From Burkholderiales bacterium (GTDB lineage: Bacteria; Pseudomonadota; Gammaproteobacteria; Burkholderiales; SG8-39): a stretch of 64,000 nucleotides of DNA. Shown piece after piece: positions 8,123 through 16,676 of the stretch. The stretch is taken from positions 14,733-78,732 of the forward strand of contig JACZJV010000050.1 of assembly GCA_014860355.1 (NCBI GenBank). Direction: 5' to 3'. The position numbers and the translations under genes are program-made. Below the pieces are notes generated by a model. The model saw nothing but the letters and a program-made list of their open reading frames with translations, searched no databases and was not told the DNA's origin. Each line of letters begins with the position of its first letter. Within the stretch, counting starts at the first letter, position 1.

Positions 8123-9892
8123 TTACTTTTGCCAGGCGTCCTTCAGCGTCACCGCGCGGTTGAACACCGGCGCGCCGGGTTTCGAGTCGATGCGGTCGGC
8201 AACGAAGTAGCCGTGGCGCTCAAACTGGAAGCGCTCCTCCGCTTGGGCCTGCTTCAACGCGGGTTCGAGCCGCCCGCTAACGACTCTCTTCGCGTCCGGA
8301 TTGATATCCAGCAGAAAATCGCGCTCGCCCGCGCCCGGATGTGCGACGCGGAACAATCGGTCGTAGAGCCGCACCTCGCACGGGTAGGCGTGAGCTGCCG
8401 AGACCCAGTGGATATTGCCTTTGACCTTGTAGGTATCCGCGCCGGGTGTGCCCGATTTGCTGTCGGCGAAATAATTGCAATGCACCGCGACGATGTTGCC
8501 CGCGGCGTCCTTGTCGCAGCCTGTGCATTCGATGACGTAGCCGTAGCGCAGGCGCACATTGTTGCCAGGGTAGAGGCGGAAGTAACCCTTGGCAGGGACT
8601 TCCATGAAATCCTCGCGCTCGATCCACAGCTCGCGCGAGAACGGCAGCGCGCGCTTGCCGAGTTCGGGGTGCTGCGGATGGTTGGGCGCGAGGCATTCCT
8701 CTTGCGCGCCCTCGGCATAGTTGTCGACGATCAGTTTCAGCGGTTCGAGCACGGCGATGCGCCGCGGCGCGACCTGGTTCAGGTGCTCGCGCATGCATTC
8801 CTCGAGCACGCTGTAGTCGATCCACGAGTCGGACTTGGATACGCCGATGCGCTCGGCGAACAGGCGAAAGCCCTCGGGCGTGTAGCCGCGCCGGCGCGCG
8901 CCGACCAGCGTAGGCAGCCGCGGATCGTCCCAGCCGGCTACGTGCTTTTCCTCGACCAGCTGGATCAGCTTGCGTTTCGAGAGCACTGCGTAGCTGAGGT
9001 TGAGCCGGGCAAACTCGATTTGCTGCGGCAGGGGATGTGCGAGCAGCCCGCCTTCTGCCAGGCGCGCGAGCAGCCAGTCGTAGAACGGGCGCTGGTCCTC
9101 GAACTCCAGGGTGCAGATCGAGTGGGTGATCTGCTCCAGCGCGTCCTCGATCGGGTGCGCGTAGGTGTACATCGGATAAATGCACCATTTGTCGCCGGTG
9201 CGGTGATGCGTGGCTTTCTTGATGCGGTAGATCGCCGGGTCGCGCAGGTTGATGTTGGGCGAACTCATGTCGATTTTCGCGCGCAGCACCATGCTGCCGT
9301 CCGCGTGCCGGCCGTCGCGCATTTCGCGCAGGCGCGCCAGCGACTCCGCGGCAGGGCGCTCGCGCCAGGGGCTGTTGCTGCCGTGCTCGGTCAGCGTGCC
9401 GCGCGCCGCGCGCACTTCCTCGGCGCTTTGCTCGTCCGCGTAGGCGTGGCCCGCAGTGACCAGGTATTCGGCCGCCTGGTACATGGCGTCGAAATAGTCG
9501 CTCGCGTGGTACAGGTGCTCGGTGCCGTAGGCAGCCCAGCCGAAGCCCAGCCAGCGCACCGCGTCGAGTATCGAATCGACGTACTCCTGCTCTTCCTTTT
9601 CCGGGTTGGTGTCGTCGAAGCGCATGTGGCAGACGCCGCCGTAGTCGAGCGCAAGGCCGAAATTGAGGCAGATCGACTTGGCATGGCCGAAGTGCAGGTA
9701 GCCGTTGGGCTCGGGCGGAAAGCGGGTGCGGATTTTCGCCGGATCGCCGGGCGCGCCCGCGTGCGTCGCCGCCGGTCCGGGCGCGCCGCCCCAGGTGCGC
9801 GAGGCATACCTGCCGCTGGCGAGGTCGGCATCGATCGCGTTGCGGATGAAGTTGGTGACGTGGGCGGCAGCCGCGTCGGCGGGCTTATTCAT
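8123..9892 (-). CDS. glnS: glutamine--tRNA ligase
   Basis: Class I signature PEPNGYLHFGHAKS (HIGH) and VLSKRKL (KMSKS), with GlnRS-type C-terminal anticodon-binding domains; 589 aa. Confidence 0.95.
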   Translation of the reverse strand: MNKPADAAAAHVTNFIRNAIDADLASGRYASRTWGGAPGPAATHAGAPGDPAKIRTRFPPEPNGYLHFGHAKSICLNFGLALDYGGVCHMRFDDTNPEKEEQEYVDSILDAVRWLGFGWAAYGTEHLYHASDYFDAMYQAAEYLVTAGHAYADEQSAEEVRAARGTLTEHGSNSPWRERPAAESLARLREMRDGRHADGSMVLRAKIDMSSPNINLRDPAIYRIKKATHHRTGDKWCIYPMYTYAHPIEDALEQITHSICTLEFEDQRPFYDWLLARLAEGGLLAHPLPQQIEFARLNLSYAVLSKRKLIQLVEEKHVAGWDDPRLPTLVGARRRGYTPEGFRLFAERIGVSKSDSWIDYSVLEECMREHLNQVAPRRIAVLEPLKLIVDNYAEGAQEECLAPNHPQHPELGKRALPFSRELWIEREDFMEVPAKGYFRLYPGNNVRLRYGYVIECTGCDKDAAGNIVAVHCNYFADSKSGTPGADTYKVKGNIHWVSAAHAYPCEVRLYDRLFRVAHPGAGERDFLLDINPDAKRVVSGRLEPALKQAQAEERFQFERHGYFVADRIDSKPGAPVFNRAVTLKDAWQK

Positions 9893-10043
9893 GGTTGTGT
9901 AGGCGCGTGGCGGTGGGCATGCGCGATTTTACCCCACTGGGAAACGGCGACGCAGTCATCGGCGACTGCCCGGTCCTGCGCCGGGGTCCGCAAACTTATT
10001 GTATGATCGAGTCCGTTCGCTCCCGCCTATACACGGAATCCCA

Positions 10044-10592
10044 ATGAAGAAAAATGCCGACCCCGCCTGGCCCGACGAGGTGCATGCCCTGCTGCAGGAC
10101 GCCGATGTGCGCCAGGTCGCGATCGTGCCCGATGCCGGGCATGCGCGCCTGATCCAGCTGTGCGAAAAAGACAAATCCATGCGCGTGGTCAGGCTGACCA
10201 CGGAGGAAGAGGGCGTGGCGCTGCTCGCCGGGGCCTGGCTCGGGGGCGAGAAGGGCGTGCTGCTGATGCAAAGCAGCGGCGTGGGCAATTGCATCAATAT
10301 GCTCACCCTGCCGATCGCCTGCCAGTTTCCGCTGCCGATGCTCGTCACCATGCGCGGCGACCATGGCGAATTCAACCCGGCGCAGATTCCCATGGGCAAT
10401 GCGACGCAGGCCGTGCTCGAGGCGATGGGGGTGATGGTCAAGCGCGCAGACAGCGCCGCGGACGTGCCGGAAATGGTGTCGAGCACGCTGCGCCTCGCAT
10501 TCAACACCTATCGCCCGGTCGCGCTGCTGATCGGCCAGCGCGTATCCGGCGCCAAGGATTTCAGAAAACTCACCCGGAGCGGGCCACTATGA
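10044..10592 (+). CDS. ThDP-dependent decarboxylase, alpha subunit (sulfopyruvate/phosphonopyruvate decarboxylase-like, pyrimidine-binding half)
   Basis: Internal ATG (MKKNADPAW). About 180 aa with TTEEEGVALLAGAWLGG...LMQSSGVGN, typical of the N-terminal ThDP PYR domain of ComD-type proteins. Confidence 0.8.
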   Translation: MKKNADPAWPDEVHALLQDADVRQVAIVPDAGHARLIQLCEKDKSMRVVRLTTEEEGVALLAGAWLGGEKGVLLMQSSGVGNCINMLTLPIACQFPLPMLVTMRGDHGEFNPAQIPMGNATQAVLEAMGVMVKRADSAADVPEMVSSTLRLAFNTYRPVALLIGQRVSGAKDFRKLTRSGPL

Positions 10593-11179
10593 GCGGACTG
10601 TTGCGCCGTCGCGAAGTCGTATCGGAACTGCTCGCCCCGCGTGGCGACGCCCTCGTGATCGCCGGCCTGGGCGCACCCGCCTGGGACATCACCAATGCGG
10701 GCGACCACGAACTGAACTTCCCCCTGTGGGGGGCGATGGGCGGGGCGGCGATGATCGGTCTCGGGCTCGCGCTGGCGCAACCGAAGAAGAAGGTGCTGGT
10801 GTTCACCGGCGACGGCGAGATGCTGATGGGCCTGGGCGCGCTGGCCACCATCGCCGTGCAGGCACCGCGCAATCTGTACATCGTGGTGCTCGACAACGAG
10901 CGCTACGGCGAGACCGGCATGCAGGAGACGCACACCGCACATGGCGTCGACCTCGCCGGGATGGCCAGGGCTGCAGGCTTCGCGCAGACCCTGGTGGTGC
11001 GCACCGAGTCCGGGGTGTCGCGCTTGAAGAAGGCCATCTACGCAGGCGAAGGCACGCTGTTCGCGCAGATCAAGGTGGATCCGCAGAAGTTGCCGCTGGT
11101 GCTGCCGCCGCGGGACGGTTGTTTGCTGAAGAACCGTTTTCGCGCCGCAGTGCTGGGTCCACAAGCGGCGCAGCAGTAG
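10589..11179 (+). CDS. ThDP-dependent decarboxylase, beta subunit (ComE-like, pyrophosphate-binding half)
   Basis: ATG 10589 overlaps the alpha stop (ATGA). ThDP motif GDGEMLMGLGALATIAVQAPRNLYIVVLDNERY. Confidence 0.8.
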   Translation: MSGLLRRREVVSELLAPRGDALVIAGLGAPAWDITNAGDHELNFPLWGAMGGAAMIGLGLALAQPKKKVLVFTGDGEMLMGLGALATIAVQAPRNLYIVVLDNERYGETGMQETHTAHGVDLAGMARAAGFAQTLVVRTESGVSRLKKAIYAGEGTLFAQIKVDPQKLPLVLPPRDGCLLKNRFRAAVLGPQAAQQ

Positions 11180-11235
11180 CAGCGCCGATTTCGAAATCGT
11201 TTTTGTTTGCCGATCGATCATCAAAGGAGAGAACC

Positions 11236-11619
11236 ATGGACCAGAAACGCTACGACGAAGGCCTGGCAGTCAGAAGGGCGGTGCTCGGAGCCGAATACGT
11301 CGACAAGTCGGTGAAAGCGCCCGACGAGTTCAGCAAGCCGATGCAGGACCTGGTGACCGAATACTGCTGGGGCGCGGTCTGGACCCGGCCGGAACTCGAT
11401 CGCAAGACGCGCAGTTTCCTCAACCTCGCCTGGCTGACCGCGCTCAACCGCCCGCACGAAATCAAGCTGCACGTGCTCGGCGCGCTGAACAACGGCATCA
11501 CCCGCACCGAAATCCGCGAAGTGTTCCTGCAGGCCGCGGTCTACTGCGGCGTCCCCGCCGCGCTCGACGCGATGCGCGTAGCCAAGGAGGTGTTCGCCGA
11601 GGTCGATAGCAAAAAATGA
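11236..11619 (+). CDS. carboxymuconolactone decarboxylase family protein
   Basis: 127 aa. The VTEYCWGAVWTRPELDRKTRSFLNLA...GVP pattern is typical of PcaC/CMD-family proteins. Confidence 0.85.
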   Translation: MDQKRYDEGLAVRRAVLGAEYVDKSVKAPDEFSKPMQDLVTEYCWGAVWTRPELDRKTRSFLNLAWLTALNRPHEIKLHVLGALNNGITRTEIREVFLQAAVYCGVPAALDAMRVAKEVFAEVDSKK

Positions 11620-12527
11620 GCACCGGCGAGGGCAAGTACGCGGTCGGCTTCGTCGGCATCGGCAAGATGGGCGTGCCGATGGCGACGCGCATCGCCGCCG
11701 CAGGCTATCGGCTGCACGCCTACGACGCAGCGCAGTCCGCGCTGAACGCGATTTCTGCAGTCGGCGGGGTGAACGTGGCGAAGAGCCTGGCCGACGTCGG
11801 GCGCGAGTGCGCAGTCGTGATCCTGATGCTTCCGGACAGCAAGGTAGTAAGGAAAGTGCTCTACGGGGACGCAGACGGTCTGGCCGCGCACCTCAAAAAG
11901 GGCGCGGTGGTGATCGACATGAGTTCGTCCGAACCGGCGGTCACGCGCGAGCTCGGGGCGCGGCTCAAGGCCGCGGGCGTGGACCTGATCGACGCGCCGG
12001 TTTCGGGCGGGGTCAAGCGCGCCGTCGACGGATCGCTCGCGATCATCGCCGGCGGCGAGGCGCAGCTCATTGCACGGGTAAAGCCGCTGTTGCTGACCAT
12101 GGGCAAGTCGGTCATCGAAACCGGGGTGCTGGGATCCGGGCACGCGATGAAGGCGCTCAACAACTATGTCTCGGCGGCGGGGCTGCTCGCGGCCTGCGAG
12201 GCGCTGAAGGTGGGCGCCGATTTCGGCATCGCCCCGGACAAGATCGTCGCGGTGCTCAATGCCTCCAGCGGCAAGAACAACAGCACCGAGAACAAGCTGA
12301 TGCAGTTCATCGTTTCGGGACAGTTCAATTCCGGCTTCAGCCTGGGGCTGATGAAGAAGGACATCAACATCGCCACCGACCTGGCACAGAGCCTGGGCGC
12401 GCAAACGCTGCTGGGCGAAGTGCTGCTCAAATCCTGGGCGGAGGCGGAGGCGAAGCTCAGCGGCGCGGCGGACCACACCGAGATCTATCGCGCGCTCGAA
12501 CGCGGCGAAGGCGGCGGGCGCAAATAG
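11616..12527 (+). CDS. NAD(P)-dependent oxidoreductase, 3-hydroxyisobutyrate dehydrogenase family
   Basis: ATGA overlap with the CMD gene. Rossmann motif VGFVGIGKMGVPMA; the catalytic Lys context GSGHAMKALNN is typical of beta-hydroxyacid dehydrogenases. Confidence 0.85.
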   Translation: MSTGEGKYAVGFVGIGKMGVPMATRIAAAGYRLHAYDAAQSALNAISAVGGVNVAKSLADVGRECAVVILMLPDSKVVRKVLYGDADGLAAHLKKGAVVIDMSSSEPAVTRELGARLKAAGVDLIDAPVSGGVKRAVDGSLAIIAGGEAQLIARVKPLLLTMGKSVIETGVLGSGHAMKALNNYVSAAGLLAACEALKVGADFGIAPDKIVAVLNASSGKNNSTENKLMQFIVSGQFNSGFSLGLMKKDINIATDLAQSLGAQTLLGEVLLKSWAEAEAKLSGAADHTEIYRALERGEGGGRK

Positions 12528-12567
12528 TCGCGGAAACCGCGCGCCTGGCGGGCTTGGCGGCGCGGAT

Positions 12568-13608
12568 TCAGGGTGCGACCGGGGTCGCTTGCGGCAGCGG
12601 CAGTTTCTTCTCGGCCATCACCTCGCGCAGGTAGTCGGGACGGTCGGTGATCAGGCCGTCGACGCCCCAGTCGATGAAGCGGGCCATGTCCTCGCGCTTG
12701 TTCACCGTCCACGGGATCACCTGCAGGCCGAGCGCATGCGCCTCTTTGACCAGGTCCGCGCTCAACTCGGGGTGGTAGGGCGACCAGATCGCGCCGCCGG
12801 CAGCTTGCACCATTTTCGGAATCGAACCGTGATCGCTGAACTGGGTCCCCGCGGTCCAGGCCGAACTTTCCGCCTTGCCCGCGGCGATATTGTCCAGAAA
12901 GCGCTGTTGCGCGCTCAGATAGCCGGTCGCAATTTTCGGCGCCAGGGCCTGCACCGCTTTGAGTCCGCGCCAGTCGAAGGACTGAATAATGACCCGGGAA
13001 CTCATGCCTTCGCGCTCTATCAGCGCCAGCAGCGTTTGCGCGAATTCCTCGGGCGCGAGCGTATCTTCGGGCGCCTGCGGCGAGGTCTTGATCTCGATGT
13101 TGAAGCGCACCTCGGTGTTGCCCGCGCGGCGCGCGAGCTGGAACACCTGCGCCAGCGTCGGCATGTACACTCGGTCCATGCGCTGCTGATCAGGGAAGCG
13201 GCGGCTGTATTCGCTGCCGGGCCTGATGCGGCCGACATCGAAATGGCTGACATCATCCAGCGTCAGCCCGCGCAGGGCGCGCGTGGGCGCGTTGAGCCAG
13301 CGCCCGTCGGTCCCGCGGGTGATGTCCGGATTGAGGCGCGCGTCGTGGCTCACCACCACCACGCCGTCCCTGGTGATCGCCGTGTCCAGTTCCAGCGTGC
13401 TCACGCCCAGCGACAATGCGGCGGCGAAGGCGGGCAGGGTGTTTTCAGGAGCAAGCCCCCGCGCGCCACGGTGGCCTTGCAAGTCGAATGCCGTGGCGAG
13501 TAAAGGTGTAAGCGCCAGGACGAGGGCGGCAAGCAGGCGAGCGGCGCGCGCGCAGGACAAACCAGTCAGCGGAACGGGGGTCACGATGGAGGAAGCGAGT
13601 TTACTCAT
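12568..13608 (-). CDS. glycerophosphodiester phosphodiesterase, secreted
   Basis: Internal ATG (MSKLASS...) avoids overlap with the upstream gene. Signal peptide, then the GDPD signature LQGHRGARGLAPENTLPAF. Confidence 0.85.
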   Translation of the reverse strand: MSKLASSIVTPVPLTGLSCARAARLLAALVLALTPLLATAFDLQGHRGARGLAPENTLPAFAAALSLGVSTLELDTAITRDGVVVVSHDARLNPDITRGTDGRWLNAPTRALRGLTLDDVSHFDVGRIRPGSEYSRRFPDQQRMDRVYMPTLAQVFQLARRAGNTEVRFNIEIKTSPQAPEDTLAPEEFAQTLLALIEREGMSSRVIIQSFDWRGLKAVQALAPKIATGYLSAQQRFLDNIAAGKAESSAWTAGTQFSDHGSIPKMVQAAGGAIWSPYHPELSADLVKEAHALGLQVIPWTVNKREDMARFIDWGVDGLITDRPDYLREVMAEKKLPLPQATPVAP

Positions 13609-13615
13609 GCTTCGC

Positions 13616-14677
13616 CTATTCCGAGTCGAGGACTTGCACCTGCGCACCCAGCACAGCGGCAAAGCGCGCGGCATAGGCGGGCCACACTTCGGGATTGATC
13701 AGGCGCGGTGGCCGCCCGCCCTTGAGCACGCCGACGATCTGCTCGGCGGCGATGGCTGCCATGTTGCGCCGCGCCTCGTGGGTTACGCCGGCGGTGTGAT
13801 AACTAGCGACCACGTTCTCGAACTGGAGCAGGGGATGGTCTGGCGGCGGGGGCTCCTGCTCCCATACGTCGAGTCCGGCGCCGGCGACATGCCCCGACTG
13901 CAGCGCAGCCAGCAATGCGGCCTCGTCGTGGATGCCGCCGCGCGCCGTGGTGATGAACAGGGCGCCGCGCTTCATCCGCTGCAAGGCGCGCGCGTCTATC
14001 ATGCCCAGGGTGTCTTTCGCGCGCGGGCAATGCAGCGAGACGATGTCGGAGCGATCCAGCAAATCGTCGAGCGCGGCAGGTTCGGCGCCGCGCCGGCTGA
14101 TCTCCTCCTCGGTCAGGTAGGGATCGGTGGCCACGACGCTCATGCCGAAAGCGCGGGCCAGGGCAGCCGTACGGGTGCCTACGTGGCCGATGCCGACGAT
14201 GCCCAGGACTTTGCCGCCGAGTTCGTGTCCCATGACATCCTCGCGCGAGAAGCCCGTCTCCTGCCTGAGGCGCCGGTTGCACTCGATGATGCGCCGCGAC
14301 AGCGCGAGCATCAGGCCGAACGCGTGTTCGGCGACCGAGTTGGCGTTGCCGCCCGCCTGGTTCACCAGCGCGACGCCGGCCCGGGTGCAGGCGGCGACAT
14401 CCACGGTGTCGTAGCCGGCGCCGGCAGAAGAGACGCACAGCAGCTCGGGGCAGCGCGCAAGCAAGTCCGCGCTGACGAACCAGCGGCGCGGAAGCTCGTC
14501 CTTGGTCGCGGACACATGGTAGACATGCGCGCGCGAGAGCGCCGCCCAGGCGGTCTCCTCCGGGGCTGCGCGCAGGCACAGCGTGAAATCGATATCGGAC
14601 TCGCGTGCCAGCCTTTGTTCAAAAGCCGGATTCACCGGCAGGTCGAAGCGGACGACGCTCTTGCGTTTTGCAGACAT
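13616..14677 (-). CDS. D-isomer-specific 2-hydroxyacid dehydrogenase family protein
   Basis: 353 aa. NAD motif GIVGIGHVGTRTA, and a catalytic R...E...H arrangement (TARGGI, ...ASYHTAG). Confidence 0.85.
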   Translation of the reverse strand: MSAKRKSVVRFDLPVNPAFEQRLARESDIDFTLCLRAAPEETAWAALSRAHVYHVSATKDELPRRWFVSADLLARCPELLCVSSAGAGYDTVDVAACTRAGVALVNQAGGNANSVAEHAFGLMLALSRRIIECNRRLRQETGFSREDVMGHELGGKVLGIVGIGHVGTRTAALARAFGMSVVATDPYLTEEEISRRGAEPAALDDLLDRSDIVSLHCPRAKDTLGMIDARALQRMKRGALFITTARGGIHDEAALLAALQSGHVAGAGLDVWEQEPPPPDHPLLQFENVVASYHTAGVTHEARRNMAAIAAEQIVGVLKGGRPPRLINPEVWPAYAARFAAVLGAQVQVLDSE

Positions 14678-14701
14678 TGATACCTTCCCTTGATTGCGCG
14701 G

Positions 14702-15223
14702 CTAGGGCTTGGACAATCGCTTCAGGTCTTCGATCACCTCGACCGAATGGCGCGAGGTCTCGACGCTGGTGTAGACCTTCGCCACCCTGCCGGCGGGATC
14801 GACAAGGAAGGTGTAGCGCCTGGCGTAGCGGCTGCCCTCGGGCAGCGCGCCGTAGCGGCGCGTAACCGCGCCAGTAGTGTCGGCCAGCAGCGGGAAGGGC
14901 AGGCTGTATTTTTTCGCGAACTGCGCATGGCTCGCGCCGTCGTCCAGGCTCACGCCGATCACCTGCGCGCCCATCTGCTCCAGCGCGAAAATGTCGTCGC
15001 GGAACTTGCACGCTTCTTCGGTGCATCCCGGGGTGTCGTCTTTGGGATAGAAATACAACACCACCCACTTGCCGCGGAACTCGGCGAGCGTGCGCGTCTT
15101 GCCCGCCTGGTCTGCCAGACTGAAGTCCGGGGCCGCTGTGCCGGTGGCCGGCAGGGCGGCGCAGGCGCCGGACAAGGCCAGCAGCAGGGCGGCAGCGCAA
15201 ATTGCGGAAACGAAGCTGTTCAC
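14702..15223 (-). CDS. bcp: peroxiredoxin, Bcp type, with N-terminal signal peptide
   Basis: YFYPKDDTPGCTEEAC active site. The N-terminus MNSFVSAICAAALLLALSGACAA looks like a Sec signal. Confidence 0.9.
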   Translation of the reverse strand: MNSFVSAICAAALLLALSGACAALPATGTAAPDFSLADQAGKTRTLAEFRGKWVVLYFYPKDDTPGCTEEACKFRDDIFALEQMGAQVIGVSLDDGASHAQFAKKYSLPFPLLADTTGAVTRRYGALPEGSRYARRYTFLVDPAGRVAKVYTSVETSRHSVEVIEDLKRLSKP

Positions 15224-15313
15224 GCGGGCATTCTAGGCTCAATTCCCGGTGACTGTCGCGGCCAGTGTCGCGGCTGCAAGGCGAAGCGGGCGCGCTTCGC
15301 TTAGAATCGGGCG

Positions 15314-16579
15314 GTGCCTTTTCGAACCCCAACACGCGCCGACCGCTCGCTTGCGCCGCGGCTGCTCGCCCTGGTATTCGCGCCGTTTGCGGCGGGCTTT
15401 TTCCTGTCCTACGTGTTTCGCAACGTCAACGCGGTCATCGCGCGCGAGCTCGCGCTCGAGTTCTCGCTCTCCAGCGCCGATGTGGGCCTGCTCACCAGCA
15501 TGTACCTGCTCAGTTTCGCCGCGATGCAAGTGCCGGTGGGTGTGTTTCTCGACCGTTACGGGCCGCGCCGTGTGGTGGCCGCGCTATTGTGCATTGCCGG
15601 ACTGGGTGCGCTGGGATTCGCGCTGGCCGGCAGCTTCGGCGAGCTGGCGCTGGGACGCGCGGCTATCGGCCTGGGCGTTTCGGCCTGCCTGATGGGCAGC
15701 ATGAAGGCGTTCTCGCTGTGGTTTCCGCTGGAGCGCCTGGCGACCCTGAACGGATGGATGATCGCCATCGGCGGTCTCGGCGGCCTCGCCGCGACCTCGC
15801 CGCTGGAGGCCTTGCTCGCACCGCTGGGCTGGCGCGCGATCTTCCTCGGGATGGCCCTGGGCTGCGCGCTCGCGGCCGCGGCGATTTTCTTCATCGTTCC
15901 GGAAAAGCCCCTGCCCGGGGCGGGCGAACGCTGGGGGCTGGCATTCGCGCGCATGGGCCGCATATTCGGCACGCTGTCGTTCTGGCCCATCGGCCTGCCC
16001 CTGATGGTCTGCCACGGCGCCTACCAGGCGATGCAGGGGCTGTGGCTGGCGCAGTGGCTTACCGACGTCGGCGGCCTCGCGCGCCCGGCAATGGCCGCGC
16101 ACCTGTTCGCCACCGCGCTCGCGTATGCGGTCGGCGCGCTGTTTTTCGGCTGGTTCGCCGATTTTCTGGCCGACCGCGGCGTGTCGCGGCTGGGCCTGTA
16201 CAAGCTGGGCACTGCGTTGGGGGTGGCCGCGTATATCGCGATCGCGTTCGACCTCGTGCCGGCGAAGCTGCCCCTGCTCATGGTGTACGGTTTCTCCACC
16301 ATTTCAGGCGCGCTCGCCTACGCGCTGCTCACGCGGAATTTTCCGCCGGAGATGACCGGCCGCGTGAATACCGCGGCCAACGTGGCGTTTTTCTTCGTCT
16401 CCTTCCTGTGCCAGTTCGGTGTCGGTGTGGTGCTGCGCATGTTCGCGGTGGTAGACGGCCGCTACTCGCCCGACGGCTACATGCTCGCCTTCGGGCTGAT
16501 CGCCGCGGCGCAGTGCGCGGTGCTCGCCTGGCTGCTGCCGATGAAGGAACATGCGGTCCAGGCGGCGCGGCGCAGCTGA
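15314..16579 (+). CDS. MFS transporter
   Basis: GTG start, 421 aa, multiple TM segments, motif FLDRYGPRR. Confidence 0.8.
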   Translation: MPFRTPTRADRSLAPRLLALVFAPFAAGFFLSYVFRNVNAVIARELALEFSLSSADVGLLTSMYLLSFAAMQVPVGVFLDRYGPRRVVAALLCIAGLGALGFALAGSFGELALGRAAIGLGVSACLMGSMKAFSLWFPLERLATLNGWMIAIGGLGGLAATSPLEALLAPLGWRAIFLGMALGCALAAAAIFFIVPEKPLPGAGERWGLAFARMGRIFGTLSFWPIGLPLMVCHGAYQAMQGLWLAQWLTDVGGLARPAMAAHLFATALAYAVGALFFGWFADFLADRGVSRLGLYKLGTALGVAAYIAIAFDLVPAKLPLLMVYGFSTISGALAYALLTRNFPPEMTGRVNTAANVAFFFVSFLCQFGVGVVLRMFAVVDGRYSPDGYMLAFGLIAAAQCAVLAWLLPMKEHAVQAARRS

Positions 16580-16676
16580 AGGCAGCGGCGCGCATCATCG
16601 CCTTTCCCCGCGGCCGTGCCGGGCCAATCCAATGTAACATTGACCGGCGCATAACGGAACGAAAAGGGAGAGAGGC

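Noticed and set aside
8129-10006. 625-aa ORF antisense to glnS.
   Set aside because: GlnRS signatures (HIGH, KMSKS) identify the minus strand as coding. The antisense translation is featureless and R/A/V-rich.
10044-11179. Calling the split decarboxylase comD/comE (coenzyme M biosynthesis).
   Set aside because: No comA/B/C or methanogen context is present. The bacterial neighbourhood points to catabolism, and the substrate cannot be assigned from sequence.
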